Shown here in pieces: positions 1 through 9,886 of a stretch of 58,997 bases of DNA (the stretch's first letter is position 1; each line of letters opens with the position of its first letter). Where the stretch lies: NCBI GenBank assembly GCA_947650795.1, contig CANSWR010000003.1:1-58997 (forward strand), in the 5' to 3' direction. This DNA comes from an uncultured Bacillota bacterium (GTDB taxonomy: Bacteria > Bacillota_I > Bacilli_A > RF39 > UBA660). A program made the translations under genes and the position numbers. Under the pieces are notes generated by a model. The model worked only from the letters and a program-made list of their open reading frames with translations. It was not told where the DNA came from and searched no databases.

Positions 1-449
1 GTTTCAAAGTAGGGGAGCGGTACATTATCACTTGATGACAAACGTAGATTATAATAATCACAAGCTTTTGTCACAAGACGAAAGACGAATATATAAACCA
101 GGAAGTGGTTGGAATGTTGGCAAAGATGTTAAAGGTTGGTGTTATGGCCATTCAATGGCGAAGAATATTGAAAGTATTAATTTAGTTGGTTATATTACAA
201 AATATATGACTAAAGATATAGACAATCGTTTATTTTCTCAGCATAGATATTTTTACAGTCAAAACCTTATTAAACCTCAAGAATATAATTTTGACTTAAG
301 TAGTTTTCAAGACGCGAGTAAATGGTTTTGGTTAGACTATAATTTTAAAGAAATGACATACTGCAAAGTTTACAAGGATAAGTTTGAAGATGATATAGTA
401 TTTGTTGAATATAAACTTGCAGGTTCCGATAATATATATTATGTTAAGT
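1..449 (+). mobile_element. Right end of a dif-integrated rolling-circle element (IMEX-like or inovirus-like)
   Basis: Rep gene runs into dif and is oriented opposite to the host genes. Confidence 0.7.
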
Positions 450-517
450 TCTGTTTGAAGTATAATTTATTTATATTTTATTTTACTCTTTTCTACTCTA
501 TTTTTGTGTTATTTTAG
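2..517 (+). CDS. Rolling-circle replication initiator (HUH endonuclease, inovirus/plectrovirus ORF2/G2P-like Rep), 5'-truncated by window edge
   Basis: Frame 2 is open from base 2: FQSRGAVHYHL (HUH motif 2), YITKYMTK (catalytic Tyr motif 3), RYFYSQNLIKP. The F/Y-rich tail after the dif site looks like read-through. Confidence 0.85.
   Translation, partial: FQSRGAVHYHLMTNVDYNNHKLLSQDERRIYKPGSGWNVGKDVKGWCYGHSMAKNIESINLVGYITKYMTKDIDNRLFSQHRYFYSQNLIKPQEYNFDLSSFQDASKWFWLDYNFKEMTYCKVYKDKFEDDIVFVEYKLAGSDNIYYVKFCLKYNLFIFYFTLFYSIFVLF
422..449 (+). other. dif: dif site (XerC/XerD recombination site), probable att junction
   Basis: GGTTCCGATAA-TATATA-TTATGTTAAGT, 11-6-11 layout; 23/28 to E. coli dif and 22/28 to B. 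subtilis dif (sequences as recalled). Gene strand bias converges toward it. Confidence 0.88.
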
Positions 518-543
518 TAGGGGAGTTATTAAAAGAAGCCACA

Positions 544-1344
544 TTATTCTGTGACTTTTTTATTTCCCATAACAACTTTTCTTGATTGAATTTCTCCCAT
601 TTTGTTAAATACTTCTTGAGCATTTTCTGGGTTAATTTCACTATATCCTAGTTCTCTTAAAGCTTGTATTTTAACTGTGTTTAATTGTTGTGTTCTACTT
701 AATACTTCTTCTTTATTGTTTTCTATTTCTTTAACAAATCTTTCATGTGAAGCTACTAATTTGCTTTTTTGTGCTCCTCCATTATTATATAGGTTCATTG
801 CTGTGAAAACTATACTTTCTAAAATGAATTGTGCTGTTTCGTCAAATTTAAATTCCATAGGATCAGTAAATCCTGTTGTTTTTGATAAATAAGCAAACAT
901 ATACTTTATTTCAGGAACATTATCTACTGATTGTAATACATGATATAAGTATAAGAATTCATAATATGTATCTTTGTTTTTTTCTTCTGTAAATTTTTCT
1001 TTTATTAAAGATATTAGGTCATTTACTAAAATTTGTTCTTCTTTGTTTAAGTCCTTTAAATCAAAATATGTGTCACTTGAATCGTTGGTTTTAATGTTTT
1101 GATTAAGTCTACTTTCAATGTCTTCTAAATATTCTGCAGTTATTTTTATATTTCCTATTGACTCGTCGCTGCCATCTTCTATGTTAAGTAATTTAAAAAG
1201 TAGTATTTTCTTTTCTTTTGGCCATTTATTTAAACTTTCTAATTCTAGATAGTTATAAATCATTTGTCTAGATACACCTAGATATTTTGCTAGTTTTACT
1301 TTTGATATTCCTAGTTCTTGTAATAAATCGTTTAAGTTCTTCAT
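544..1344 (-). CDS. XRE-family HTH protein
   Basis: N-terminal ISKVKLAKYLGVSRQMIYNY helix-turn-helix; helical C-terminal domain of unknown function. Confidence 0.8.
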   Translation of the reverse strand: MKNLNDLLQELGISKVKLAKYLGVSRQMIYNYLELESLNKWPKEKKILLFKLLNIEDGSDESIGNIKITAEYLEDIESRLNQNIKTNDSSDTYFDLKDLNKEEQILVNDLISLIKEKFTEEKNKDTYYEFLYLYHVLQSVDNVPEIKYMFAYLSKTTGFTDPMEFKFDETAQFILESIVFTAMNLYNNGGAQKSKLVASHERFVKEIENNKEEVLSRTQQLNTVKIQALRELGYSEINPENAQEVFNKMGEIQSRKVVMGNKKVTE

Positions 1345-1401
1345 TTTTTCTTTTCTCTCTCCCTACTCTATTTTATTTAATATCTATGTTTTTATTTTAC
1401 A

Positions 1402-1427
1402 ACACTTGACAATGACAAGTCAAGTGT
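1402..1427. promoter_or_regulatory. Palindromic operator candidate overlapping the sigmaA promoter of the XRE gene
   Basis: ACACTTGAC-N8-GTCAAGTGT perfect 9-bp arms; minus-strand TTGACT-18-TAAAAT. Confidence 0.5.
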
Positions 1428-1469
1428 AAAATTATAGTAAAGAAAAGAAATTAAATGTTAAGAGCTTTT

Positions 1470-2561
1470 TTATAAGTACCAAAGCTTTTGACCGTTTTTT
1501 CTTACTTCTTTTATTATGCCTCCGCCAATCATTTCTTCTTCTAAATATATAACACAAGCTTGTCCTGGTGTGACAGCTTTAGCGCTTTCGTATTTTACTT
1601 TTATTGTTGTATCAGTTAAGTATTCAATTGTTATGTCTATGTCTTCTCCACGGTATCTAAATTTGCATGTTGCTTTATCTGGTTTTATATCACTAATATA
1701 ATTCATGTTTTCAATTATAGCTTCATTAGAGATTAAATAATTATTATCATCTCCAAATGCTACATATAATATATTTTCTTTTACATTTTTTCCACAAACA
1801 TAATGCCTTTTTTCATGACCATTAAGTCCAACATTTCTTCTTTGCCCTATTGTGTAATTCATTAAACCATTGTGAGTTCCTATTATTTTTCCTGTATCTA
1901 TATCTATTATGTTTCCTTTATTTCCTTTTAAATAGTTTGCAATAAATTGTTGATAATGTCTTTCTCCTATAAAGCATATTCCAGTTGAGTCTTTTTTTAG
2001 TGCTACAGGTAAATTAGCAGATGAGGCAATTTCTCTTACTTCTTTTTTTGTTAGATGGCCTACTGGAAATATAACATCATAAAATTCTTCTTTTTTTACT
2101 TGACTTAAAAAATATGTTTGATCTTTGTTTCTGTCTATTCCTCTTAGTATTTTGTTATTGTTGTTTCTTGCATAGTGTCCTGTTGCAATTAAATCAGCTC
2201 CTAAACGTTTTGCTTCTTTTTTGAACACATCAAATTTAATATATTTATTACACATTATGTCTGGATTTGGTGTTCTTCCTTTTTTTAATTCATCTAAAAA
2301 ATATGCAAAAACAGTATCCCAATATTCTTTTATAAAGTCGACTCTATATAGAGGAATTCCTAAAAAATCACATACTTTTTTTGCATCAATGTAATCTTGT
2401 TCTTGAGGGCATATTCCATCAGTTATTCCTTCGACATCACTATTTATGTTAGAGTCCCAGTTTTTCATGAATAATCCAACAACTTCGTATCCTTCTTTAT
2501 CAAGTAAATATGCTGATACTGCACTATCTACTCCACCACTCATACCTACTACTACTTTCAT
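1470..2561 (-). CDS. mnmA: tRNA 2-thiouridine(34) synthase
   Basis: SGGVDS PP-loop, TPNPDIMCN, KDSTGICFIGER, AVTPGQ. Confidence 0.97.
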   Translation of the reverse strand: MKVVVGMSGGVDSAVSAYLLDKEGYEVVGLFMKNWDSNINSDVEGITDGICPQEQDYIDAKKVCDFLGIPLYRVDFIKEYWDTVFAYFLDELKKGRTPNPDIMCNKYIKFDVFKKEAKRLGADLIATGHYARNNNNKILRGIDRNKDQTYFLSQVKKEEFYDVIFPVGHLTKKEVREIASSANLPVALKKDSTGICFIGERHYQQFIANYLKGNKGNIIDIDTGKIIGTHNGLMNYTIGQRRNVGLNGHEKRHYVCGKNVKENILYVAFGDDNNYLISNEAIIENMNYISDIKPDKATCKFRYRGEDIDITIEYLTDTTIKVKYESAKAVTPGQACVIYLEEEMIGGGIIKEVRKNGQKLWYL

Positions 2562-2613
2562 GTTTTTTACATCTCCTCTTAAGAGTAATTATATAATATT
2601 TTGTACATGAAGT

Positions 2614-3204
2614 CTATAATATAAGTTTTATTATTAAAGGATTTAAATAAATTTCTAAAATGCTTGCTATTAAACATATTAAAGAAGCACTTAGGAAAAG
2701 TATTCCTATTTTTTTTATAAATGTTTTTAAGTTAATGTTTTCTCCGTTATATGTACCTTTCATTAGTTTATATGAGAAATGTAACATTATGCTTCCATAT
2801 ATAATTAGTATCAAACACATTATTATATGATGTGGTAATAATGAAAGTATACTTAAGAAAAATCCTTTTAGTTTATATGTTAATGTTATACTAGATATTA
2901 AAAATCCTATAAGAAAACCTTTGTAAAAGTTTATTAGTAATACCAATGGAGAAAATAGATAGATTATACTACTTATAGTAATGATAAATATGTACGTTAT
3001 ATTGTACTTAAAGCTTATGAATAGATTAGTTATGTTCGCACTTGTTCCGTTATTTATTTGTGTGAAGTAATCAGTTATTTCTTCTTTTATAATTAGTTTA
3101 TCTAATGAGGAGGTAAATAGAAGAAATATTATTCCAGATATAAGTCCTAATATAAGTATTGCTGCATTAATGATTATAATTCTTTTATCAATTAACTTTT
3201 TCAT
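2614..3204 (-). CDS. spoIIM: Stage II sporulation protein M-like membrane protein
   Basis: 5-TM pattern, YKGFLIGF, LLPHH, C-terminal LEIYLNP; sigmaE-like promoter. Confidence 0.8.
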   Translation of the reverse strand: MKKLIDKRIIIINAAILILGLISGIIFLLFTSSLDKLIIKEEITDYFTQINNGTSANITNLFISFKYNITYIFIITISSIIYLFSPLVLLINFYKGFLIGFLISSITLTYKLKGFFLSILSLLPHHIIMCLILIIYGSIMLHFSYKLMKGTYNGENINLKTFIKKIGILFLSASLICLIASILEIYLNPLIIKLIL

Positions 3205-3209
3205 ATTAA

Positions 3210-3237
3210 ATTATATTAAAATGTTTGATTTTTATGA
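3210..3237 (-). promoter_or_regulatory. sigmaE-like promoter, leaderless, for spoIIM
   Basis: Minus strand TCATAA-14-AATATAAT, 5 nt before the ATG; no SD sequence. Confidence 0.5.
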
Positions 3238-3273
3238 GAAATATTTATATAATTATATTTAAGGTGAAGTTTT

Positions 3274-3387
3274 ATGAAAAAGAATACAAAAAAACTAATA
3301 CTTAGAGTACTAGTTTGGATATTTTTAATAGTTCTTGTAGGAAGTTTTATTTTAGGAACTTTGGCAAGTACTGGTTTAATAGGATAA
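3274..3387 (+). CDS. 37-aa single-TM miniprotein, DUF4044/Prli42-like (not in ORF track)
   Basis: AAGGTGA RBS; MKKNTKKLILRVLVWIFLIVLVGSFILGTLASTGLIG. Confidence 0.75.
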   Translation: MKKNTKKLILRVLVWIFLIVLVGSFILGTLASTGLIG

Positions 3388-3401
3388 TAGTATTGTTGCT
3401 A

Positions 3402-4112
3402 TTATTTTTTTGTACCTCCAAATCTTCTGTCTCTTAAATTGTATTCTTCTAATGCTTTTTTGACTTCATTCATTTTAAAATCTGGAAAGTATAGTTTGCT
3501 AAAGTATAATTCTGAATATGCTGAGCTATAAAGCATGAATCCAGATAGTCTTAATTCTCCACTTGTTCTAATTAATAAGTCTATAGCTGGTAAATCTTGA
3601 TATAGATTTTTTCTAAATGTTTCTTCATTTATTTCATTCACTTCTAGTTCTTTATTTTGTACTTTTTGGATTAATTTTTTTGTAGTGTCTATTATTTCTG
3701 CTTGTCCTCCATAGTTTATACAAATATTTAATATACCACCAGTATTATTTTTAGTGCTTTCTACTATTTCATCCATAGATTTAAGAACATCTTTTCTAAG
3801 TGGTTCACGTCTTCCTGAGAATATTAGTTTAATATTATCTTCATTATATGTTTTTTTTAATTCTTTAAAGCCTTTAATAAATAAATTCATTAGATAAGTT
3901 ATTTCTTCATCGCTTCTTTTAAAATTATCTGTAGAAAAAGCAAAGATACTTAGTATTTTAACGCCTTCTTTATATATGTGTTTGCTTATTTCTTTAATCG
4001 TATTATAGCCTTCTTTATGTCCATCACTATTTTTTAGGCCATTAGATCTCGCCCATCTTCTGTTTCCATCCATTATTATTCCTACGTGATAAGGAACTTT
4101 TTTTTCATTCAT
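3402..4112 (-). CDS. uppS: Undecaprenyl/polyprenyl diphosphate synthase
   Basis: IIMDGNRRWA, DLLIRTSGELRLSGF, RRFGG. Confidence 0.95.
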   Translation of the reverse strand: MNEKKVPYHVGIIMDGNRRWARSNGLKNSDGHKEGYNTIKEISKHIYKEGVKILSIFAFSTDNFKRSDEEITYLMNLFIKGFKELKKTYNEDNIKLIFSGRREPLRKDVLKSMDEIVESTKNNTGGILNICINYGGQAEIIDTTKKLIQKVQNKELEVNEINEETFRKNLYQDLPAIDLLIRTSGELRLSGFMLYSSAYSELYFSKLYFPDFKMNEVKKALEEYNLRDRRFGGTKK

Positions 4113-4120
4113 AAACCCTC

Positions 4121-6247
4121 CTAATTTTTAATAAGACTTAAACTAACTTGTTTTTTTGCTAAGTCTATTTTGTCTACATAACATTTAATAATATCTCCTA
4201 CATTTAATATTTCATTAGGATCACTGACAAAGTTTTTACTTAGTTTTGATATATGAATAAGTGCATCGTTTTTAAGTCCAATATCTATAAATGCACCAAA
4301 TGAAGCTACATTTCTTACTGTTCCTTCTATGCTCATTCCAACATTCAAATCTTCAATTTTGAGTATATCACTTTTTAAAATTGGCATTTCTAATTCATCT
4401 CTAGGATCCAATCCAGGACTTTTTAATTCTTTTATGATATTCTCAGTGGTATAATAATTTATTCCTGTGTCTTCTGATATTTTACTTATATTAGCATTGT
4501 CTAAAGTTTTCTTGAAATTTTCATTTTGAATGTCTTTAACGTCTAGTTTTAAGTATTCTAATATGTTTTCAGTGTCTTTATAATTTTCTGGGTGAATACC
4601 AGTGTTATCTAAAGGATTTATACTTCCAGGTACTCTAAGAAATCCAATTGCTTGTTCATAAATTTTTTCAGTTATTCCTTTAATATCTTTTAATGATTCT
4701 CTATTTGCAAAGTTATGATTTTTTTTGAATTCCATTATACCGTCAATAGCTTTTTTATTCATTCCACTTATATATTTTAATATGCTTCTAGAAGCTGTGT
4801 TTAAATTGACTCCAACTTTGTTTACTATACTCATAACTGAATAGTTTAACTCTTCTTCTAAGTTTTTTTGATTAACGTCGTATTGGTATTCTCCAACTCC
4901 AATAGATTTTGCATCAATTTTCACTAATTCACTAAGTGGGTCTTGTACACGTCTTCCTATACTAATGGCACTTCTTTTTTCTACAGTTAAGTCTGGGAAT
5001 TCTTCTATTGCTAGTTTGCTTGCTGAATATATGCTTGCACCTGCTTCTGATACTATTATATATTTTACATCTAATCCCTTTATACATTCTGCGACAAAAG
5101 TTTCGCTTTCACGAGATGCTGTTCCATTTCCTATTGCAATTAGTTTTATGTTGTATTTGTTTATTAATTCTTTTAATGTTTTTGCACTTCCTATAAGATC
5201 ATTTTTAGGTTCGTGTGGGTAAATTGTTTTTACTTCTAATAGATTTCCTAATTCATCTATTACTGCAAGTTTACAACCTGTTCTATATGCTGGGTCAAAT
5301 CCTAATACAACAGTTTCTTTTATTGGTCTAGTAAGTAATAAACTGCTAAGGTTTTTACCAAATGTTTTAATTGCTTTTTCTTCACATTTTTCTGTTACTT
5401 CACTTCTTATTTCTCTTTCTACACTAGGTATAATTAATCTTTTTAGTGAATCTTTTATAGCATTTTTTACTATTTCTACTACAAATGAATTTCTGTCTTT
5501 TATAATTTTATTTTCTAAATATTCAATTATTCTTTCTTCTTCAAAGTCTAATGTAACAGTTAATACTTTTTCTTTTTCAGCACGATTTATTGCCAACATT
5601 CTATAGTGTTTTATATATTTAATAGGTTCAGAAAAGTCATAATACATTTCATATGTTTTTTCTTCGTCTGGATTATTTTTTTTAACTTTAGTTTTTATTG
5701 TTCCTTTGTTAAACATGTAATTTCTAATCCATTTTCTATAACTCGCATTGTCACTTATCCATTCGCTTATAATGTAACTTGCATTTTCTATTGCTACATC
5801 AATTTCTATGTTGTATCCACTTGCTAAAGTTTCTATTGAACCAGTTTTTGGAAATGACATTATTTTTTTGGCAAGAGGTTCTAATCCCATTTTTATTGCT
5901 TCACTTGCTTTGGTTTTTTTCTTTTCTTTGAATGGTCTATATAAATCTTCTACTTCTGTTAATTTAGTACAAGCCATTATTTCATTTTTTAATTCTTCAG
6001 TAAGTAATCCTTTTTCATCTATTAATCCCAATACACTTTCTTTTCTTTCTAAAAGGTTTAAGTTTCTTTTATATTCGTCACTTATTAGCTTTATTTGTTC
6101 TTCGTCTAAATTGTTTGTTACTTCTTTTCTATATCTTGCAATAAAAGGTATTGTTGAGCCCTCTTCTAGTAGTTTTAAAGTAGCTTCTATTTGATTTTTC
6201 TTTATATCAGTTGTTGTTTCTAATATTTTTATTATTTGTTCATTCAT
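4121..6247 (-). CDS. tex: Tex transcription accessory protein
   Basis: TIPFIARYRKE, GFDPAYRTGCK, IAIGNGTASRE, C-terminal S1 domain. Confidence 0.95.
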   Translation of the reverse strand: MNEQIIKILETTTDIKKNQIEATLKLLEEGSTIPFIARYRKEVTNNLDEEQIKLISDEYKRNLNLLERKESVLGLIDEKGLLTEELKNEIMACTKLTEVEDLYRPFKEKKKTKASEAIKMGLEPLAKKIMSFPKTGSIETLASGYNIEIDVAIENASYIISEWISDNASYRKWIRNYMFNKGTIKTKVKKNNPDEEKTYEMYYDFSEPIKYIKHYRMLAINRAEKEKVLTVTLDFEEERIIEYLENKIIKDRNSFVVEIVKNAIKDSLKRLIIPSVEREIRSEVTEKCEEKAIKTFGKNLSSLLLTRPIKETVVLGFDPAYRTGCKLAVIDELGNLLEVKTIYPHEPKNDLIGSAKTLKELINKYNIKLIAIGNGTASRESETFVAECIKGLDVKYIIVSEAGASIYSASKLAIEEFPDLTVEKRSAISIGRRVQDPLSELVKIDAKSIGVGEYQYDVNQKNLEEELNYSVMSIVNKVGVNLNTASRSILKYISGMNKKAIDGIMEFKKNHNFANRESLKDIKGITEKIYEQAIGFLRVPGSINPLDNTGIHPENYKDTENILEYLKLDVKDIQNENFKKTLDNANISKISEDTGINYYTTENIIKELKSPGLDPRDELEMPILKSDILKIEDLNVGMSIEGTVRNVASFGAFIDIGLKNDALIHISKLSKNFVSDPNEILNVGDIIKCYVDKIDLAKKQVSLSLIKN

Positions 6248-6342
6248 TTCTTATTACTCCTCTAATGTCATTATATAATAAACATTGTATGAATTCAAAT
6301 TATTAGTTAGACATTATGTCAAGTTTTATATTATTTATAGTT

Positions 6343-8748
6343 TTAATTCAGCTTATTAAGTCTAAGAGTTTTTACTTCCATATTTTCATCTAAGAATTCT
6401 AATTCTTCTAAAAGTTCTTCACTTGTTGCAGTTAATGCGAATGTTGTTATTTCTTCAGTTGGATATGAAGCTGATATATCAAATAGTTCTTCTTCTAATA
6501 TATGCAATTCATTTTCTGCTATATTTAGAGTATATAATGATGTTTGATATTCAGAAAAATTATATAATATTATTTTATAAAGCATATGTGAGTGTTTTCT
6601 TACAACATCGTTTGATGAAATAGCTATTTTCGTTAAAGCTTTTATCTTTTCGTTAGTAGGATTATTTAGATATTCGTCTATTATTTCTGAATAATTGATG
6701 TTTGTGTTTGGAAGATTATTTAAATCTTGTAATAGATGTGTTAAATTTCTTGTAATTCTTTCATTTTCTAAGCTGACTATTTTGCTAAAATAATTATAAA
6801 AATCAAATTCAAGTTTGTTAATCATATTTAGTGCTTCAATAAGTTTTAATAGTATATTTAAGTGACTAATTTCTTTTATATTAGTTATTTTGGTAGTAAT
6901 AGTTTTATAATCTTCTCTTTTAAGTAAATATTCATTTGATAATAATTTTGTTAGTATCTCACAGTTTTCTTCATTAAAGTTTCTAAATAAATTTATTATA
7001 TGACTGAAATGTGGAGAATTATATAAATCTTTATTCAAAATAACTTTTAATAAGTTTTTAAGAGTTTTATTTCCAAATTTATTTAGTGGTAATGAAGTAA
7101 TTATGTCTGATTTTTGTGGTTCTAAATTGTTATTAGTGTTTAAAAATTTAGAAATGCCTTGAATTATACCTGATTTTTGTGAAACTTGAGTTTCTTCTAA
7201 ATTGTATGTAGTATTTAAAAGATTCTCTATGTTATCAAAAATATTAGGGTTAGTTACAGTACTCATTATACAAGCTGCTTTTATTAAGTTTTTTCTATTT
7301 ATAATTTCAGATGAATTTTTTATATAGGTAAAATAATTTTCTAATATTTCGGTGTTTTCAATGTTAAGTGCATTATTTATTATGGTTGTAAGTCCTTTTT
7401 CGTCATCTATTGTAGTGTTCCATACTAAATAGTCTTTTATTAATTCTATTTTATAAGGATCTTTTATTTTTAATATTTTATTTATTAATACTGTGTAGTT
7501 ACTAAATTTTATTAAAAATAAGTCACATAGTATTGATTCTATGGAATTTACTATTGAAATGTTAACTGTACTAATAGTTTTTAATGCAAATAATAAATAA
7601 TCTGTTTCTTTTAAATTTTCATTTTCAAGTACTCTGAAAAAATAATCAAAAATTTTGTAATCTTTTATTTGGCAAGCAATTTCAGTTATTTCTATGTACT
7701 CATCTAAGTTTAAATATTCTTCGTTTGTTGCTAAGTCAACATAATATTCTATAATAGATTTAAAGTTTGTTTTAATTTTAGTAAAGTTAAGTAATGCAAC
7801 ATGATAATAATCAGATGTGTATAAATCTTTATCACTTGCAAGTTTTATAAATTCCCATATATTTTGTGGATCAACTTTCGGAAGTATATTTATTAAAGAT
7901 ATATAGTTACTATAATCGTAATCTCTGTCTCCATCAATATTTTGAATAATGTCATTTAATGCGTTTAAATAAATTGGTTTATCAAAAATTTTGGATGATA
8001 TTATCTTATTTATAAATTCTTTATAATTTAATAAATTTAATGTTTCGTCGAAAGTTAACATTTCACATAAAGGAAATAATATATCTACATTTTTAATGTC
8101 TTTAGCTATATCAAAAGCAAATTTAAAATTCTTTTTAGAATTTTGTAGGTCTTCGTCTGTAATTAAACTTAGTAAAACTTCTAAGATATTTGGATTATCT
8201 ATTTTTTTAAGTTCATTTAGTATGTAATTATATAAAGGACTATTTAACAAATATTTATCTAAAATAAAGTTTAAGTAAATATCTGTTAAAGAAGGATTTT
8301 CATTTTCTACTATTAATTTTATTGCATCTTCGTAATCTTCTAAATCTTTATTTAAGAATTCTTGATTGTTTATCATAGTTTTTAAAGCTTCTACGGTTTT
8401 TGTGGATTTAATGATTGATAAGCTGTTTATTGTAAATAATACTTTTTTTGAAGATAATGAATTTATGTAGTAACATTCAACTAAATAATTAATTAACGGT
8501 AAACTTGTTTTTAGTATTTTCTCGTTTTTAATGTCACATATACTTTCTTTTAAGTCCTCATAATAGTTTGTTTTGTTATTTGCTAATATAAGAATATGTA
8601 ATAAAGACTTTTTTGTTTCTCTATCTTTTATGTTTTGTATAAAATTAGATACCTTGTCATTAAAATTTATTACAGTTTCAAATTCAGTCTGATTATTAAT
8701 GTTTAATATATTTTCTTTAATTAATTCTTTTAATATTTTTATTTTCAT
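6343..8748 (-). CDS. 801-aa orphan alpha-helical repeat protein
   Basis: Long ORF with GAGG RBS; ~35-38 aa degenerate helical repeats. Confidence 0.8.
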   Translation of the reverse strand: MKIKILKELIKENILNINNQTEFETVINFNDKVSNFIQNIKDRETKKSLLHILILANNKTNYYEDLKESICDIKNEKILKTSLPLINYLVECYYINSLSSKKVLFTINSLSIIKSTKTVEALKTMINNQEFLNKDLEDYEDAIKLIVENENPSLTDIYLNFILDKYLLNSPLYNYILNELKKIDNPNILEVLLSLITDEDLQNSKKNFKFAFDIAKDIKNVDILFPLCEMLTFDETLNLLNYKEFINKIISSKIFDKPIYLNALNDIIQNIDGDRDYDYSNYISLINILPKVDPQNIWEFIKLASDKDLYTSDYYHVALLNFTKIKTNFKSIIEYYVDLATNEEYLNLDEYIEITEIACQIKDYKIFDYFFRVLENENLKETDYLLFALKTISTVNISIVNSIESILCDLFLIKFSNYTVLINKILKIKDPYKIELIKDYLVWNTTIDDEKGLTTIINNALNIENTEILENYFTYIKNSSEIINRKNLIKAACIMSTVTNPNIFDNIENLLNTTYNLEETQVSQKSGIIQGISKFLNTNNNLEPQKSDIITSLPLNKFGNKTLKNLLKVILNKDLYNSPHFSHIINLFRNFNEENCEILTKLLSNEYLLKREDYKTITTKITNIKEISHLNILLKLIEALNMINKLEFDFYNYFSKIVSLENERITRNLTHLLQDLNNLPNTNINYSEIIDEYLNNPTNEKIKALTKIAISSNDVVRKHSHMLYKIILYNFSEYQTSLYTLNIAENELHILEEELFDISASYPTEEITTFALTATSEELLEELEFLDENMEVKTLRLNKLN

Positions 8749-8838
8749 TTTATTCGCCTCTGGTGTTTTATTATATTATAGTCTAAATTAAATGTAAAGA
8801 AATAAATTGCTACTAAAAAGACAATATAAAAGGAGAGA

Positions 8839-9813
8839 CTAGTTCTCTCCTTCTTCAAGCATTGTTCTTATGAATACTCCATATCCATTATTAACGTCAT
8901 CTATTATTACATGTGTGACTGCTCCAATTATTTTTCCGTCTTGGACAATTGGACTTCCACTCATTCCTTGTACTATTCCGCCACTTCTTTCTAATAATCT
9001 TTCATCTGTTATTTTAAATGATATTGATTTGTTTGAATTTAGTTGAGTTTTATCTAAATTAGTAATTTCTATTTCGTATTCTTCAACTACATCTTTATCT
9101 GTTATAGTATATATTTTAGCTTTTCCTATTTTTAAGTCTTTCCATTCTGCTACTTCAAGATATTCTTTGTTTGGCAAAGCTTTGTTATATATACCAAATA
9201 TACCAACATTTTTGTTTTCAAATATTGTCCCTAATTTTTTTTCATATATTATTGTAGCATTTTTACTTCCTACATTACCATCTACACTTCTATCAATGCT
9301 GTTTACATAACTTTCATATATATTGCCACTTTTTACTTCGACTTTGCTTTTTGTTTCGTTCATGATTATTTCATGTCCTAATGCTCCATAAATTTTTGTT
9401 TCAGGATCTATATATGTGATTGTACCTATACCAGTTACTTTTTCTTTTATATATAGGCCTGTTTTATATACTCCAGCTTCTTTTATTAGGGTTAGTTTTG
9501 TATTTTTTGTTTTACCATTTCTTTTAATTTGTATGTTTACTTCATCATCTTGTATTTTCTCTTCAATAGCGGTGCTCATTTCTTTAATAGAATCTACACT
9601 CACACCTTCAATGCTCAAAATTATGTCTCCTACTTGTAGTGTTTCACTACCAATATACTTTCCATCTACTTTATAGAAGCCTACTACGATTAGTCCTTCA
9701 GAATTTATTTCTATTCCAATGTTTTCGCCACCTGGTATTACTTTTTCTGAATAAGCTAATATATTGAGAGGGACGATTAGTATCAATGATAGTGTTAATA
9801 AAAATTTTTTCAC
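8839..9813 (-). CDS. spoIVB: SpoIVB peptidase (S55) with PDZ domain
   Basis: GIGTITY, YGALGH, GGIVQGMSGSPIVQDGKIIGAVTHV. Confidence 0.95.
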   Translation of the reverse strand: MKKFLLTLSLILIVPLNILAYSEKVIPGGENIGIEINSEGLIVVGFYKVDGKYIGSETLQVGDIILSIEGVSVDSIKEMSTAIEEKIQDDEVNIQIKRNGKTKNTKLTLIKEAGVYKTGLYIKEKVTGIGTITYIDPETKIYGALGHEIIMNETKSKVEVKSGNIYESYVNSIDRSVDGNVGSKNATIIYEKKLGTIFENKNVGIFGIYNKALPNKEYLEVAEWKDLKIGKAKIYTITDKDVVEEYEIEITNLDKTQLNSNKSISFKITDERLLERSGGIVQGMSGSPIVQDGKIIGAVTHVIIDDVNNGYGVFIRTMLEEGEN

Positions 9814-9858
9814 TTTCCCACCTCAATATTAATATTTACTTGGAATTAATAAAAAAAC

Positions 9859-9879
9859 TACCAATATATTCTATTGGTA
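9859..9879 (-). terminator. Intrinsic terminator after xseB
   Basis: TACCAATA/TATTGGTA stem followed by a T-run on the minus strand. Confidence 0.6.
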
Positions 9880-9886
9880 ATTGTTG

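Noticed and set aside
493-1374. 12-bp direct repeat CTACTCTATTTT flanking the XRE gene, and AGTAGGGGAG at 8-17 and 516-525
   Set aside because: Short, with no associated inverted ends; compatible with chance.
6310-6320. GACATTATGTC palindrome upstream of tex
   Set aside because: Too short, and no cognate regulator evident.
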